Positions 29,921 to 37,812 of a stretch of DNA of 64,000 nt are shown one piece after another; the first letter of the stretch is position 1; every line of letters begins with the position of its first letter. The DNA is from a virus: IMG/VR virus record IMGVR_UViG_3300042516_003202. One strand, 5' to 3'. Under the pieces are notes generated by a model. It saw only the letters and a list, made by a program, of their open reading frames with translations. It ran no database searches and had not been told where the DNA came from. The translations under genes and the position numbers were made by a program.

Positions 29921-30847
29921 TCAGTCTTCTGCCAAACGAGCAAAGTAAGAAAGAGCATCGTCATCATCATCTTCCACAGGTGCCACAGCACGGCGGGTAG
30001 GTTGAAGATTGTTCAGTTCAGAACGAAGATCGTCATCAAGTTCTTTTGTAGAACCACGCGAGTTGTCTTCTTCATCAAACTCTTCAGGATCTTGATAACG
30101 AGGAGTGCCTTTAGTTCCGATAACGTAGTCAAGGCGCTTTTTCAGATCATCATAAGATTTGAATTGATCTGCTGCAACAAGTTCTGCAAGAGAATATTGC
30201 TTTTTCCAGATTCCTTCCAGAGCATCATCATCGTCCAGTAGAGGAGAAGGGTTGGCAAACTCGCTAGAGTCATAGTTACGATAACCAGCAACGTTCTTTG
30301 CCTTCAGTTTAAAGTTTGCACCCTGCCAGAAGTCAAACGGATCAATTGCTTCCTCATCTTCAAATTCGGGTTGCATCGCTTCGGTAAGTTTGTCGAAGAT
30401 TTTCTTACCGTATTTGAAGAGGAAAACTTTACCTTCGTTTTCGGGATTTGCAGGATCCTTCACCACGTAAATGTTGCTGATGTAAGTCAGTTTACGCTTC
30501 TGCTTACGGGCGAGTTCTTTGCCAGCATCAGTACCGTTGTTCCAAAGAGTGGAATTGAGTTCGGATACAGGATCTTTTTGTCCCAGAGTGGTGAGAGAGT
30601 TTTCGATATACCAACCACCAGGACCTTGGAATGCGTGACTGTAGAGTTTCACAAACGGAAGGTCTTCGCCGTTGGGGGCAGGAAGGAAACGGATTACGGC
30701 ATAACCGTTGCCGCTTTTGTCTACATCCAGTTTCCAGACGCGGTCATCACTAGAACCGCTACTAGTATTCATTTTTTCAACTTCTTTGACCAGTTTGGCG
30801 GTCAGAGAACCAAGTTTAGATTGCTTTTTAAGATCAGCAAAAGACAT
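29921..30847 (-). CDS. gp32: Single-stranded DNA-binding protein gp32
   Basis: MSFADLKKQS...GNGYAVIRFLP...HAFQGPGGWYIENSLTTL...NEGKVFLFKYGKKIFDK...RNYDSSEF; acidic tail DDALSYFARLAED. Confidence 0.97.
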   Translation of the reverse strand: MSFADLKKQSKLGSLTAKLVKEVEKMNTSSGSSDDRVWKLDVDKSGNGYAVIRFLPAPNGEDLPFVKLYSHAFQGPGGWYIENSLTTLGQKDPVSELNSTLWNNGTDAGKELARKQKRKLTYISNIYVVKDPANPENEGKVFLFKYGKKIFDKLTEAMQPEFEDEEAIDPFDFWQGANFKLKAKNVAGYRNYDSSEFANPSPLLDDDDALEGIWKKQYSLAELVAADQFKSYDDLKKRLDYVIGTKGTPRYQDPEEFDEEDNSRGSTKELDDDLRSELNNLQPTRRAVAPVEDDDDDALSYFARLAED

Positions 30848-30890
30848 TAGGATTACCTCGGATAGTTTGGATTTGGAGGATTACTTGGAT

Positions 30891-30919
30891 AGTATAGCAA
30901 GGAAGAGCAGGGAAGTCAA
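30891..30919 (-). promoter_or_regulatory. Sigma70-type promoter for gp32
   Basis: TTGACT-N17-TATACT, followed by an unstructured AATCC-repeat leader and GAGG Shine-Dalgarno. Confidence 0.8.
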
Positions 30920-31254
30920 GGGGTAGGATTGATAAACTTTTTAAGAGACTCAATCGTTTTTGTCATACTAGTAAATAACACCTGCATATCTGTGTCTGGT
31001 GGGAATCCCATCAAAGACACAGATTTGCGCAAATTCTCTTTCATTTCAACTGCCGCTGGATCATCAGACAGAGATAAACGTGTATACATGATACGTTGTT
31101 TATCTAATAAGTTGCTCAACTTTTCAATATGTTCCAACTTATCTTCATTTGACATCATACCGAAAGTAAGAATACTTCCGTAAATGTCTTCTTGTAGTTT
31201 ATTAATTTCTCTCAATTCTTCCTGAATAATTTCAGAATCAAAAAAGTCACTCAT
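30916..31254 (-). CDS. DUF1825 family protein (cyanobacteria/cyanophage)
   Basis: MSDFFDSEIIQEEL...LLDKQRIMYTRLSLSDDPAA; conserved position between gp59 and gp32. Confidence 0.8.
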   Translation of the reverse strand: MSDFFDSEIIQEELREINKLQEDIYGSILTFGMMSNEDKLEHIEKLSNLLDKQRIMYTRLSLSDDPAAVEMKENLRKSVSLMGFPPDTDMQVLFTSMTKTIESLKKFINPTP

Positions 31255-31843
31255 TTAAGATTTCCCTTAATTTCTTTTTATATTGGAACACATCAATATT
31301 TAGGAATGGACTATACTTTTTAAGTTTTAAACTTACGGTTTCCCACACTGGATCGAGCAATTTCTTATCAAAATCGGTTGAGAAACGGAATATTTTGTCG
31401 TAAATTACGAATGTTTCTAGCGATAATTTCCCGCTTAAGAACCTTTTGAGGACTGGTGGATGCCCCTTGGAACAATTCAGCGCATCGTCTAATTTTATCT
31501 CCGAGAACAATTCCTCCGATTGTTCTTTGAACAAGTAAGTTAAACTCTGTTGTCTCCGCATCCAATCTGCGTAGGTCCTTTCTCCAGAATTGATAATTTC
31601 TCCAATCCATAAGTTTTGTGGGTTGTCTGCGGATACAAAGTTTGATACAAGAAAATCTACGACTTCTTTATCAGAATACTTACGTGAGGTTTTTTCAAAC
31701 CAGTACTTATCTTTTCGTTTATTAAAAGAAGTTACACTGGCACGTGATTTACCACCATATCTAAAGAAGTCGTATTTTGGATTTGTGAAATGATTTTTAA
31801 GTGACAAATAATGTTGATAAGTTTCAAAGGGGGTCACGATCAT
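31247..31843 (-). CDS. gp59: Helicase loader gp59
   Basis: YLSLKNHFT..KYDFFRYGGK..AS..SF.KRKDKYWF. Confidence 0.92.
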   Translation of the reverse strand: MIVTPFETYQHYLSLKNHFTNPKYDFFRYGGKSRASVTSFNKRKDKYWFEKTSRKYSDKEVVDFLVSNFVSADNPQNLWIGEIINSGERTYADWMRRQQSLTYLFKEQSEELFSEIKLDDALNCSKGHPPVLKRFLSGKLSLETFVIYDKIFRFSTDFDKKLLDPVWETVSLKLKKYSPFLNIDVFQYKKKLREILNE

Positions 31844-32100
31844 AGGGGCAGTTTTGCTCTAGAAGTTTTTTTCATAAAATTGAGACGAGTTGCGTCCCAT
31901 TTTAATCTTTCTTTTAACGGTTTTGAAACCAGTTTTGATACAGATTCTACATCAATACTATTAACTTCACAATAATGACAAATAGCATCAATGTAGTTCA
32001 TATTTTCAGATACCACTATCTTTTCGATTTCTAATGAAAATTTAGATGGAGTTAAAAATTTATTTTCTATAGCTTGTTCTAATTCTTTATTGTGTTCCAT
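31840..32100 (-). CDS. gp33: Late transcription co-activator gp33
   Basis: KFSLEIEKIV...NYIDAICHYCE...ESVSKLVSKPLKERL..DA..LNF; start moved to ATG at 32100. Confidence 0.9.
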   Translation of the reverse strand: MEHNKELEQAIENKFLTPSKFSLEIEKIVVSENMNYIDAICHYCEVNSIDVESVSKLVSKPLKERLKWDATRLNFMKKTSRAKLPL

Positions 32101-32767
32101 ACAATTCCAGTTTATCTCTAACAAACTCTCTAATGTATTCGGTGAGTAGTTTGATGTACTTTGATTTGTCTCTTTCTTCATAAACGATACATTCTCCATT
32201 TTCGCAAGCCATGATAATTACAAGTTTTTTGACGGGAATACCAGTCAGTTCATAGAACATACAGGCATAAGCAGCACACTGAACAAAATAATGCTCAATC
32301 CACTCCCGTGGTTTTGGTTTTTTAGATGTTTTAAAGTCGATTATTGCTAATTCGCCATCAAACTCTGCAATACAATCTACTGTTCCCGCTACTCCAAGAA
32401 CTTTGCTGTACAGGGAACCTTCAAGAGTATAAATGTTATTTATACGATTTAAATCTGGTTTAGCAATTTTAAATAAAAATTGCGACAAAGGTTGAACTTC
32501 TGGAAGTTCTTCATTTTTAAGGTGATGTTCAGTAAGAGTGTGCATATCAGTTCCACGACTTGTTGATTGTCGTGTAATTCTATCTGCTTCTTCATCACCT
32601 ACTTTTTTACGCCATTTAACAAATACTTGGCGATTTTTATGACTAGTTACTGAAGTGATTGAAAATAGTTTAATAAGATCTTCACCATCAGGAACCTTAT
32701 AGTACCTAACTCCATCTATGGTCTCCCTTTCAAGTTTAGGGAGTTCAATATCAACATGTTTAAACAT
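32087..32767 (-). CDS. PD-(D/E)XK exonuclease (RecB-like)
   Basis: RGT.MH...E..L....VAGTVDCIAEFDG.LAIIDFKTS...YFVQ..AY. Confidence 0.88.
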   Translation of the reverse strand: MFKHVDIELPKLERETIDGVRYYKVPDGEDLIKLFSITSVTSHKNRQVFVKWRKKVGDEEADRITRQSTSRGTDMHTLTEHHLKNEELPEVQPLSQFLFKIAKPDLNRINNIYTLEGSLYSKVLGVAGTVDCIAEFDGELAIIDFKTSKKPKPREWIEHYFVQCAAYACMFYELTGIPVKKLVIIMACENGECIVYEERDKSKYIKLLTEYIREFVRDKLELYGTQ

Positions 32768-33525
32768 TAAAATCCTGATTCAATTTTTGCAACAATGTAT
32801 TCTTTAACAAGACCAGAGCGAACAATATCATTTACCCCAAACTCAATTAAATCAATTGATGGCATGGATCTTAAGATTTTTATGAAATCAATAATTCCAT
32901 TACGATCATTTGTTTTTTGAAGATCAGACTGAGTCGCGTCTCCACAGAACATAATCTTAGAATTTTCACCTATGCGTGTAATTATACTGTCCAATTCATG
33001 GAAAGTTAAATTCTGAAACTCATCAACAATCACAATTGCATTATCTAATGTTGTTCCCCGAAGGAATGATGTACTCCAAAACTTAATAGTTTCTTGCCCC
33101 TTTAGATTACCATAAAGCATTTCAAAATCAGCATCTGTAGGCATCTGGAACATATATTTCACCATATTCTTATAAGGAATTTGGTAAATATCCGCCTTGT
33201 CATCATGTGTTCCTGGAAGGAATCCAATTTCACGTGTCGCAACAAGAGAGCGAACTAGATAGATTCTTTCATAAGGACTATTTTCATCTAAAACATCACA
33301 TAAAGCATTGTAGAGAGTAATAAAAGTTTTACCAGTTCCAGCACATCCATAAGCAACTAAATGTTTCCCTTCAGCATAGGCATCAAAAAACTTTTTCTGA
33401 TTATCTGTAACTGGTTCAATATCTAAAAGATATTCAGAACTTAAGGGTTTTCTACGCTTCATCTGCTTTGCTGTGAGTCCAACCCCAATAGGTTGCTCTG
33501 CAGATCCTCTCTTTCTTCTTGCCAT
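32767..33525 (-). CDS. phoH: PhoH-like ATPase
   Basis: GCAGTGKT Walker A; REIGFLPG; STSFLRGTT; VDEFQN; RIGENSK...GD..QSDL; DIVRS. Confidence 0.95.
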   Translation of the reverse strand: MARRKRGSAEQPIGVGLTAKQMKRRKPLSSEYLLDIEPVTDNQKKFFDAYAEGKHLVAYGCAGTGKTFITLYNALCDVLDENSPYERIYLVRSLVATREIGFLPGTHDDKADIYQIPYKNMVKYMFQMPTDADFEMLYGNLKGQETIKFWSTSFLRGTTLDNAIVIVDEFQNLTFHELDSIITRIGENSKIMFCGDATQSDLQKTNDRNGIIDFIKILRSMPSIDLIEFGVNDIVRSGLVKEYIVAKIESGF

Positions 33526-33526
33526 A

Positions 33527-33769
33527 CTAGATTTTCTTTACGTTAGATCCAGGCATTTTCGCAGCACGTCCTAGAACGTCGTTCCACCCTGGGTTTTTAC
33601 TAATCAATTTGTTCTGCCAATCTCCAACTTCTCCTGGAGTTGCGCATCCTTCAGACCAATCCCGTTTCCATTCAGGATTGTCTTTATACCATTGCATAAT
33701 GTCGTTGACACTCATTTCAACAACTTTTTTTTCACCTGTTTCTACGTGAATAACTGGATAAATTGCCAT
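33527..33769 (-). CDS. Conserved cyanophage hypothetical protein upstream of phoH
   Basis: MAIYPV...WYKDNPEWKRDWSEG...GWNDVL; CTAAATA late-promoter-like motif at 33793-33799. Confidence 0.7.
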   Translation of the reverse strand: MAIYPVIHVETGEKKVVEMSVNDIMQWYKDNPEWKRDWSEGCATPGEVGDWQNKLISKNPGWNDVLGRAAKMPGSNVKKI

Positions 33770-33795
33770 AAAGTTACGAAATCAAGATAATTTAT

Positions 33796-34431
33796 TTAGA
33801 CCCATTCAAGTGCTTCTGATACTGATGGGAACTGCTCTTTGAAAATTTCCTTACATGCAAGTGCAATATCCATATGCTCTTTTTGAGTGCCATTTGCAGA
33901 GCGAAGATTGATATAATGAATCCACGACCTGCATGAGCCAGACATATAAATTTTTGTCGGTGTTGCCAAAGGAAGCACGAACCTTGCACATTCCTTTGCA
34001 ATTCCCTCATCCAGCATTGTTTGATACAGTGCCATAGCATCTCTAAAATGCTCACGAATCAAATATTCATATTTTTCAACTACAGAAGGATCAACATCAT
34101 CAATAGAGTTTTGGCGATTCTTTGTGTCTTGGCGGCGAAGTTCTGGAACAGGAATTGTTTCGCCTAGCAGAGAAGAATCTGCATAACGTTGTGAAAATTC
34201 TTGATATGTAAACGAACGGTGACGCAAAATCTGAGCTGCGATACCACGATTCGTTTCAATCTCAAGAGTCATAAAAGACTGTTCAAAAACAGACCAATGA
34301 TTATGCTTAATGCAATAAGCAAGCAACTTGGCATAGTTTTCGTTGTCTTGATTCGCAGGATTGCTAACTCGTGCAACATACGCCATTGTTTTTTCTGCAT
34401 CGGGCGTTACTGAAATAAGTTTTACCGTCAT
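33796..34431 (-). CDS. thyX: FAD-dependent thymidylate synthase ThyX
   Basis: HWSVFEQ; QILRHRSFTYQEFSQRY (RHRx7SxR motif); ECARFVLP; RSWIHYINLR. Confidence 0.97.
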   Translation of the reverse strand: MTVKLISVTPDAEKTMAYVARVSNPANQDNENYAKLLAYCIKHNHWSVFEQSFMTLEIETNRGIAAQILRHRSFTYQEFSQRYADSSLLGETIPVPELRRQDTKNRQNSIDDVDPSVVEKYEYLIREHFRDAMALYQTMLDEGIAKECARFVLPLATPTKIYMSGSCRSWIHYINLRSANGTQKEHMDIALACKEIFKEQFPSVSEALEWV

Positions 34432-34595
34432 TTTTTTCCAAATCCTTTTGATGTTTGTGCTTCAATATCTGCAAGTTCTTGTTTTATTACTCGCAATTGT
34501 GATTTCATTTCTTTTAGTTGCTCATCGGAATAGAGATGATCTTGTTTGACCAACCTTTCCAACAACTTTACTAATTCTCTTGCTCTACTACTCAT
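34428..34595 (-). CDS. Small hypothetical protein (55 aa)
   Basis: Read by hand: MSSRARELVKLLERLVKQDHLYSDEQLKEMKSQLRVIKQELADIEAQTSKGFGKK; 4-bp overlaps with both neighbours. Confidence 0.75.
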   Translation of the reverse strand: MSSRARELVKLLERLVKQDHLYSDEQLKEMKSQLRVIKQELADIEAQTSKGFGKK

Positions 34596-34753
34596 TCAGA
34601 ATCCTCAAAAATTTCGTCGTAATCTAAAATTGGTCTTTTTCCCATCGGTTCTTTAGGTTTATAAGCAGAAACATCAGAATAGATTTCTGCTTTCAAGGAA
34701 TCAACCAACAATTCCAGATTGCGAACAATTAATTTTAGTTTTTCTTTGTCCAT
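34592..34753 (-). CDS. Small conserved cyanophage protein (53 aa)
   Basis: MDKEKLKLIVRNLELLVDSLKAEIYSDV...DYDEIFEDSE. Confidence 0.7.
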   Translation of the reverse strand: MDKEKLKLIVRNLELLVDSLKAEIYSDVSAYKPKEPMGKRPILDYDEIFEDSE

Positions 34754-34785
34754 TAAAATATTGTTCTCTCGCACCATCATACCAT

Positions 34786-34815
34786 AAAAAAAGGAGGGAA
34801 TCAATCCCTCCTTAA
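34786..34815 (-). terminator. Rho-independent terminator closing the micro-ORF operon
   Basis: AAGGAGGGA-TTGAT-TCCCTCCTT followed by a T-run. Confidence 0.85.
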
Positions 34816-34825
34816 CGTATTTCGT

Positions 34826-34909
34826 TTACCTATAAATCAACTGAATGAACAAAGATAATAGAGTGATAAACGTAACAGATGCAACAGTAATTTGTGCAAT
34901 AACCATCAT
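34826..34909 (-). CDS. 27-aa hydrophobic micropeptide (single TM helix)
   Basis: MMVIAQITVASVTFITLLSLFIQLIYR; TAATG overlap with the upstream ORF. Confidence 0.55.
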   Translation of the reverse strand: MMVIAQITVASVTFITLLSLFIQLIYR

Positions 34910-35007
34910 TACCTTGCTCCCGCATTTATAAGAAGTGCTTGATAACGTCTATCTTGTTTTTGCTTTTGTTCTTTAATAAGTTGAAGAAAATTGAGTTTTT
35001 TCATCAT
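34909..35007 (-). CDS. 32-aa basic micropeptide
   Basis: MMKKLNFLQLIKEQKQKQDRRYQALLINAGAR; ATGA overlap with the DUF4278 ORF; GGAGG Shine-Dalgarno upstream. Confidence 0.6.
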   Translation of the reverse strand: MMKKLNFLQLIKEQKQKQDRRYQALLINAGAR

Positions 35008-35141
35008 TTATGTCCCTCCTTTACAAACTTAACGCCACGATAAGTTTCGTTATATTGTTGAGGTTGTTGCATCATTTGTTGTTGATACTCAAGACGTTTT
35101 TGGGTATCATATTCGACACCACGATATACTACTTTTGACAT
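35004..35141 (-). CDS. DUF4278 (YRG-motif) small protein, 45 aa
   Basis: MSKVVYRGVEYD...TYRGVKF has two YRG motifs; GGAGG Shine-Dalgarno at 35150-35154. The 99-aa track ORF extends into the RNA leader. Confidence 0.8.
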   Translation of the reverse strand: MSKVVYRGVEYDTQKRLEYQQQMMQQPQQYNETYRGVKFVKEGHK

Positions 35142-35171
35142 TAGGATTTCCTCCAGAATGAGATTTTTAGG

Positions 35172-35268
35172 CCCCGTTCCTTCGGGCGGTTTGCGTTCGC
35201 TATTTGCGAATAGCGAATGAACGTCCCGTTCCGCCGTCCTACTTGCGTCTGGTTTCCCAGATGAACGT
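35172..35268 (-). ncRNA. Glutamine riboswitch-like RNA (glnA / Downstream-peptide family), apparently tandem or nested
   Basis: CGUUCA-UCUGG(GAAA)CCAGA-CGCAAGUAGGACGGC-GGAACGGG-A-CGUUCA-UUCGCUAUU(CGCA)AAUAGCGAA-CGCAA-ACCGCCCGAA-GGAACGGG; P1 CGUUC/GAACG and AGUA/GAA E-loop-like motifs; lies directly upstream of a DUF4278 gene. Confidence 0.75.
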
Positions 35269-35274
35269 AAGGTC

Positions 35275-35303
35275 ATTATAGACCCATTGCATTTATATAG
35301 CAA
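35275..35303 (-). promoter_or_regulatory. Sigma70-type promoter driving the riboswitch/DUF4278 unit
   Basis: TTGCTA-N17-TATAAT; predicted start site about 35268, at the first riboswitch nucleotide. Confidence 0.75.
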
Positions 35304-35311
35304 GTTTAAAC

Positions 35312-35327
35312 TGTAACATCTGTTACA
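35312..35327. promoter_or_regulatory. NtcA binding site
   Basis: TGTA-ACATCTGT-TACA is an exact GTA-N8-TAC, inside the longer palindrome AAACTGTAACA-TC-TGTTACAGTTT. Confidence 0.75.
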
Positions 35328-35348
35328 GTTTTATAAAATCTTAAGGGC

Positions 35349-35377
35349 AAAAAAATACCCCAAAATTTTTTCGGGGT
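35349..35377 (-). terminator. Rho-independent terminator insulating the NtcA/riboswitch unit from upstream genes
   Basis: ACCCC-N11-GGGGT-A followed by T7. Confidence 0.7.
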
Positions 35378-35387
35378 TCCAGGGAAA

Positions 35388-35747
35388 TTACTTTCGCTTT
35401 TTCTTTTCGGGTGCTTTGTATCCCCAGAGTTTTGGACTCATTCTTCCATATCCAAAATCAATTTTTTGAATTGCTCCAGGACCAAATTTATCATAGTAAA
35501 GATCAAAGATTCTAACTCTGGTTCCTCTACAAAGATCCATATGAACTTCTTCACCAATTTTATACCAAATTAAATATGCATCATTAGGCCAAGATGAATC
35601 TTTTACTTGATCAAGAGTTCCATTTTCAACTAAAATTTGGCATCCATACTTAGGAGGAAGATTTTCTTTCTCTTCTTTTGTCCATTCAATCATTTCTTCC
35701 TCCTTACTATGGGACATTTGAACAACATCACGAAGTTTACTACTCAT
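35388..35747 (-). CDS. Conserved cyanophage hypothetical protein
   Basis: YGCQIL.ENGT...PNDAY...DLCRG.RVRIFD.YYDKFG...IDFGYG...PKLWG; start moved to the ATGA overlap. Confidence 0.7.
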   Translation of the reverse strand: MSSKLRDVVQMSHSKEEEMIEWTKEEKENLPPKYGCQILVENGTLDQVKDSSWPNDAYLIWYKIGEEVHMDLCRGTRVRIFDLYYDKFGPGAIQKIDFGYGRMSPKLWGYKAPEKKKRK

Positions 35748-36352
35748 ACACGATTTCCCCATTTAATATCTGGATATGCTTCTGCAACAATTTCTTTACT
35801 AACTTTATATTTTGTTTCTAATTTTTTATCTTTAACAAGAATTAAAATTTCTGCCTCAAGTGGATGAAGACCTTGAAGGATATTAATGAACATAGTTTCT
35901 CTACGAAGAGAGCTCAACCCATCATTACCACCACGGATAAAATTATAGAAACGAGTATACTCTTTACGTATTGTAATTTGTCCTTGATCATTCATTCCTA
36001 ATGAGTTAGATCCCATCTCATTCATTTTATCCACTGCGTCCCGCACCTTATCGCTCACAGTGCCACTGAATGAATTTTGCTCCCCAGTATTAGCATAAGG
36101 AACATCGCCTTCTGGAAGGGCAGATACAAGGCTCTCATCAAAGTTCCAAATAAAGATTGCTTTCAGAGAAGGATCTCCATATCTTTGGAGAAGTTCAACT
36201 TTTTTAGCATTAGTTCTTTGACTGGAAACTAATTCTAAAACTTCAAAAGCAAAAGGATTTACAGGAAGATCCTCTGATATTTTTTTAGTCGGAGTAGATG
36301 TTGTTTTCGGTTTAGAAGTTCTACTCGTCTTCTTCTGTGTCGTCGTTGTCAT
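35744..36352 (-). CDS. Conserved T4-like phage hypothetical protein
   Basis: KKVELLQRY...IWNFDES..S.LPEG.VPY...RRETMFINILQGLHPLEAEIL..VKDK.L...YK; start moved to MTTTTQKK. Confidence 0.75.
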   Translation of the reverse strand: MTTTTQKKTSRTSKPKTTSTPTKKISEDLPVNPFAFEVLELVSSQRTNAKKVELLQRYGDPSLKAIFIWNFDESLVSALPEGDVPYANTGEQNSFSGTVSDKVRDAVDKMNEMGSNSLGMNDQGQITIRKEYTRFYNFIRGGNDGLSSLRRETMFINILQGLHPLEAEILILVKDKKLETKYKVSKEIVAEAYPDIKWGNRV

Positions 36353-36545
36353 AATAGTTCTCAAAATTAAATGCAATTACCTCATCGGGTATAAGATTAC
36401 CCTGCGAATCAAACATTTCAGGGTGAGGTCTTGGAATTTCCCTGTAATTCATCATGTATTCCCTAGCGACCCATCCAGATAGCAGTCCAACAATAAAAAA
36501 CAAAATGGTCATGAATGAACCAAATACTAAACTTGTTGCTAACAT
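36321..36545 (-). CDS. Small membrane protein, conserved in cyanophages
   Basis: N-terminal TM helix, then HPEMFD..GN.IPDEVIA..FEN. Confidence 0.7.
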   Translation of the reverse strand: MLATSLVFGSFMTILFFIVGLLSGWVAREYMMNYREIPRPHPEMFDSQGNLIPDEVIAFNFENYYDNDDTEEDE

Positions 36546-36748
36546 TTTTTTCTTCCTCGGGAACTACTGGATTTCTTTATATCTAAAGAAAATTCAAAAT
36601 AGATGGTCACTTCCCGCTTAAGAAAGCAGACCAACTTTTCAAAAATAATGTGAAAATACTTGGGCTGCTTTCTCTTACCTCCACTTAAGATAAGTTCTAG
36701 TCCACGATTAACGCGAATCTTGGAATTATTTATGTTCGTATCAGACAA
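36539..36748 (-). CDS. Hypothetical protein (69 aa)
   Basis: ORF overlaps both neighbours; INRG.ELIL.GG...KREVTIYFEFSLDI pattern. Confidence 0.55.
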   Translation of the reverse strand: MSDTNINNSKIRVNRGLELILSGGKRKQPKYFHIIFEKLVCFLKREVTIYFEFSLDIKKSSSSRGRKKC

Positions 36749-36977
36749 TTTGTCTCTCTTTTAAAAATTTAACAGTATCAGTACACCCACCCAATTTCTT
36801 ATCATTACAAAGAACTTGTGGAAAGGTAGAACCATCACCAAATTCAGCATAAAACTGGTCTTTGGTAAAGTGTTCACCTAGAGTATACTCTACAAACTTA
36901 TTCCCTGTCAACTCCAAAACCTGCTTAACCTTGTAACAGTAAGGACAATCTTGTTTAGTGTAAATTGTAAAATTCAT
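36741..36977 (-). CDS. nrdC: Glutaredoxin
   Basis: CPYC active site; TFPQV; GGCTD. Confidence 0.9.
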   Translation of the reverse strand: MNFTIYTKQDCPYCYKVKQVLELTGNKFVEYTLGEHFTKDQFYAEFGDGSTFPQVLCNDKKLGGCTDTVKFLKERQIV

Positions 36978-37002
36978 AATTAGTTAATAGTTTTTTGTTT
37001 AA

Positions 37003-37010
37003 TATTTATT
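37003..37010 (-). promoter_or_regulatory. T4-type late promoter (AATAAATA)
   Basis: Matches NATAAATA about 26 nt upstream of glutaredoxin. Confidence 0.55.
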
Positions 37011-37812
37011 AATACCCATCTTCATGCCAACATTCATTGTATCCATTTTTTTGATCTTCATATGGATAAAAATTTAATTGTTTTTTGGGCCACATTAAAT
37101 CAATATCAGTTTTTGGAAATGATTTAAATATTTTTTTATTCAAATTTTGACTAATTTCATAAACTTCTTGCCATTTAGGAGCATAATCATAAAGATATTC
37201 GTTAGGATAAAGTAAAAACAGTTTAATCCTATCATCATAATTAGAACAATAATGTGCTCCAATATAAGTTTCAGTTCTTATAAAGTGTCCATAATATTTC
37301 CATAGATCATACTTACTTATTCTCACTTTGTCAACAAGTCCATTTATTTCAAGGGGAATATCAAACATTTTAATTAAGTGTTCGGTTTTACCCCAAAAAA
37401 CATGATCTCTTGGGTGGAATAAAAGGTGTGGATACATTCCAGGAACAAAAATTCGGTCTTCATTCCTGTGCTCTATAAAGAACTGATACATGTTCATCAT
37501 ACTTTGATGAGTGTATTTTTGATCAGTTCTCATTTTAATTGCGTATTCAGTTGTAACTTTTTGCAAACCAGCAAAAGAAGTCACAATTTGCAGATTTCTA
37601 TTATCTGTTCCTGGTGTAATCGGAAACTTATTTGAAATAACAAAGAATCTTGAATTCGGAATGTAGGTAACAACATCATCCTCCCAACAAGAAAGAATAA
37701 TGTTGTTTACGAATGGCAATTCAAAATAAGAATCTATGACTTCATTAGTAAATTCATCGTATCGCCCTTGCAGAACAATATCAATTTTTTCAAAGTTATT
37801 ATTCTGCATCAA
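37009..37812 (-). CDS. WavE-like lipopolysaccharide synthesis protein
   Basis: DIVLQG...IILSCWE...DNRNLQIVTSFAGL.KV.TEYAIKMRTDQ...FHPRDHVFWG. Confidence 0.75.
   Translation of the reverse strand: MMQNNNFEKIDIVLQGRYDEFTNEVIDSYFELPFVNNIILSCWEDDVVTYIPNSRFFVISNKFPITPGTDNRNLQIVTSFAGLQKVTTEYAIKMRTDQKYTHQSMMNMYQFFIEHRNEDRIFVPGMYPHLLFHPRDHVFWGKTEHLIKMFDIPLEINGLVDKVRISKYDLWKYYGHFIRTETYIGAHYCSNYDDRIKLFLLYPNEYLYDYAPKWQEVYEISQNLNKKIFKSFPKTDIDLMWPKKQLNFYPYEDQKNGYNECWHEDGY

Noticed and set aside
32087-32767. Cas4 / CRISPR system
   Set aside because: A RecB-like exonuclease in its usual cyanophage position between phoH and gp33; no array or other cas genes. The visible repeats are coding collagen, not repeat-spacer units.
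32767-34431. phoH and thyX (and nrdC at 36741) as novel auxiliary genes
   Set aside because: Routine core genes of T4-like cyanophages.
35150-35300. tRNA or tmRNA-like gene in the GC-rich intergenic stretch
   Set aside because: No cloverleaf or T-loop GTTCGA/CCA arrangement; the folds and context fit a glutamine riboswitch.
35142-35303. N-terminal extension of the 99-aa track ORF 35004..35303
   Set aside because: The extension covers the promoter and structured RNA; the GGAGG Shine-Dalgarno supports a start at 35141.
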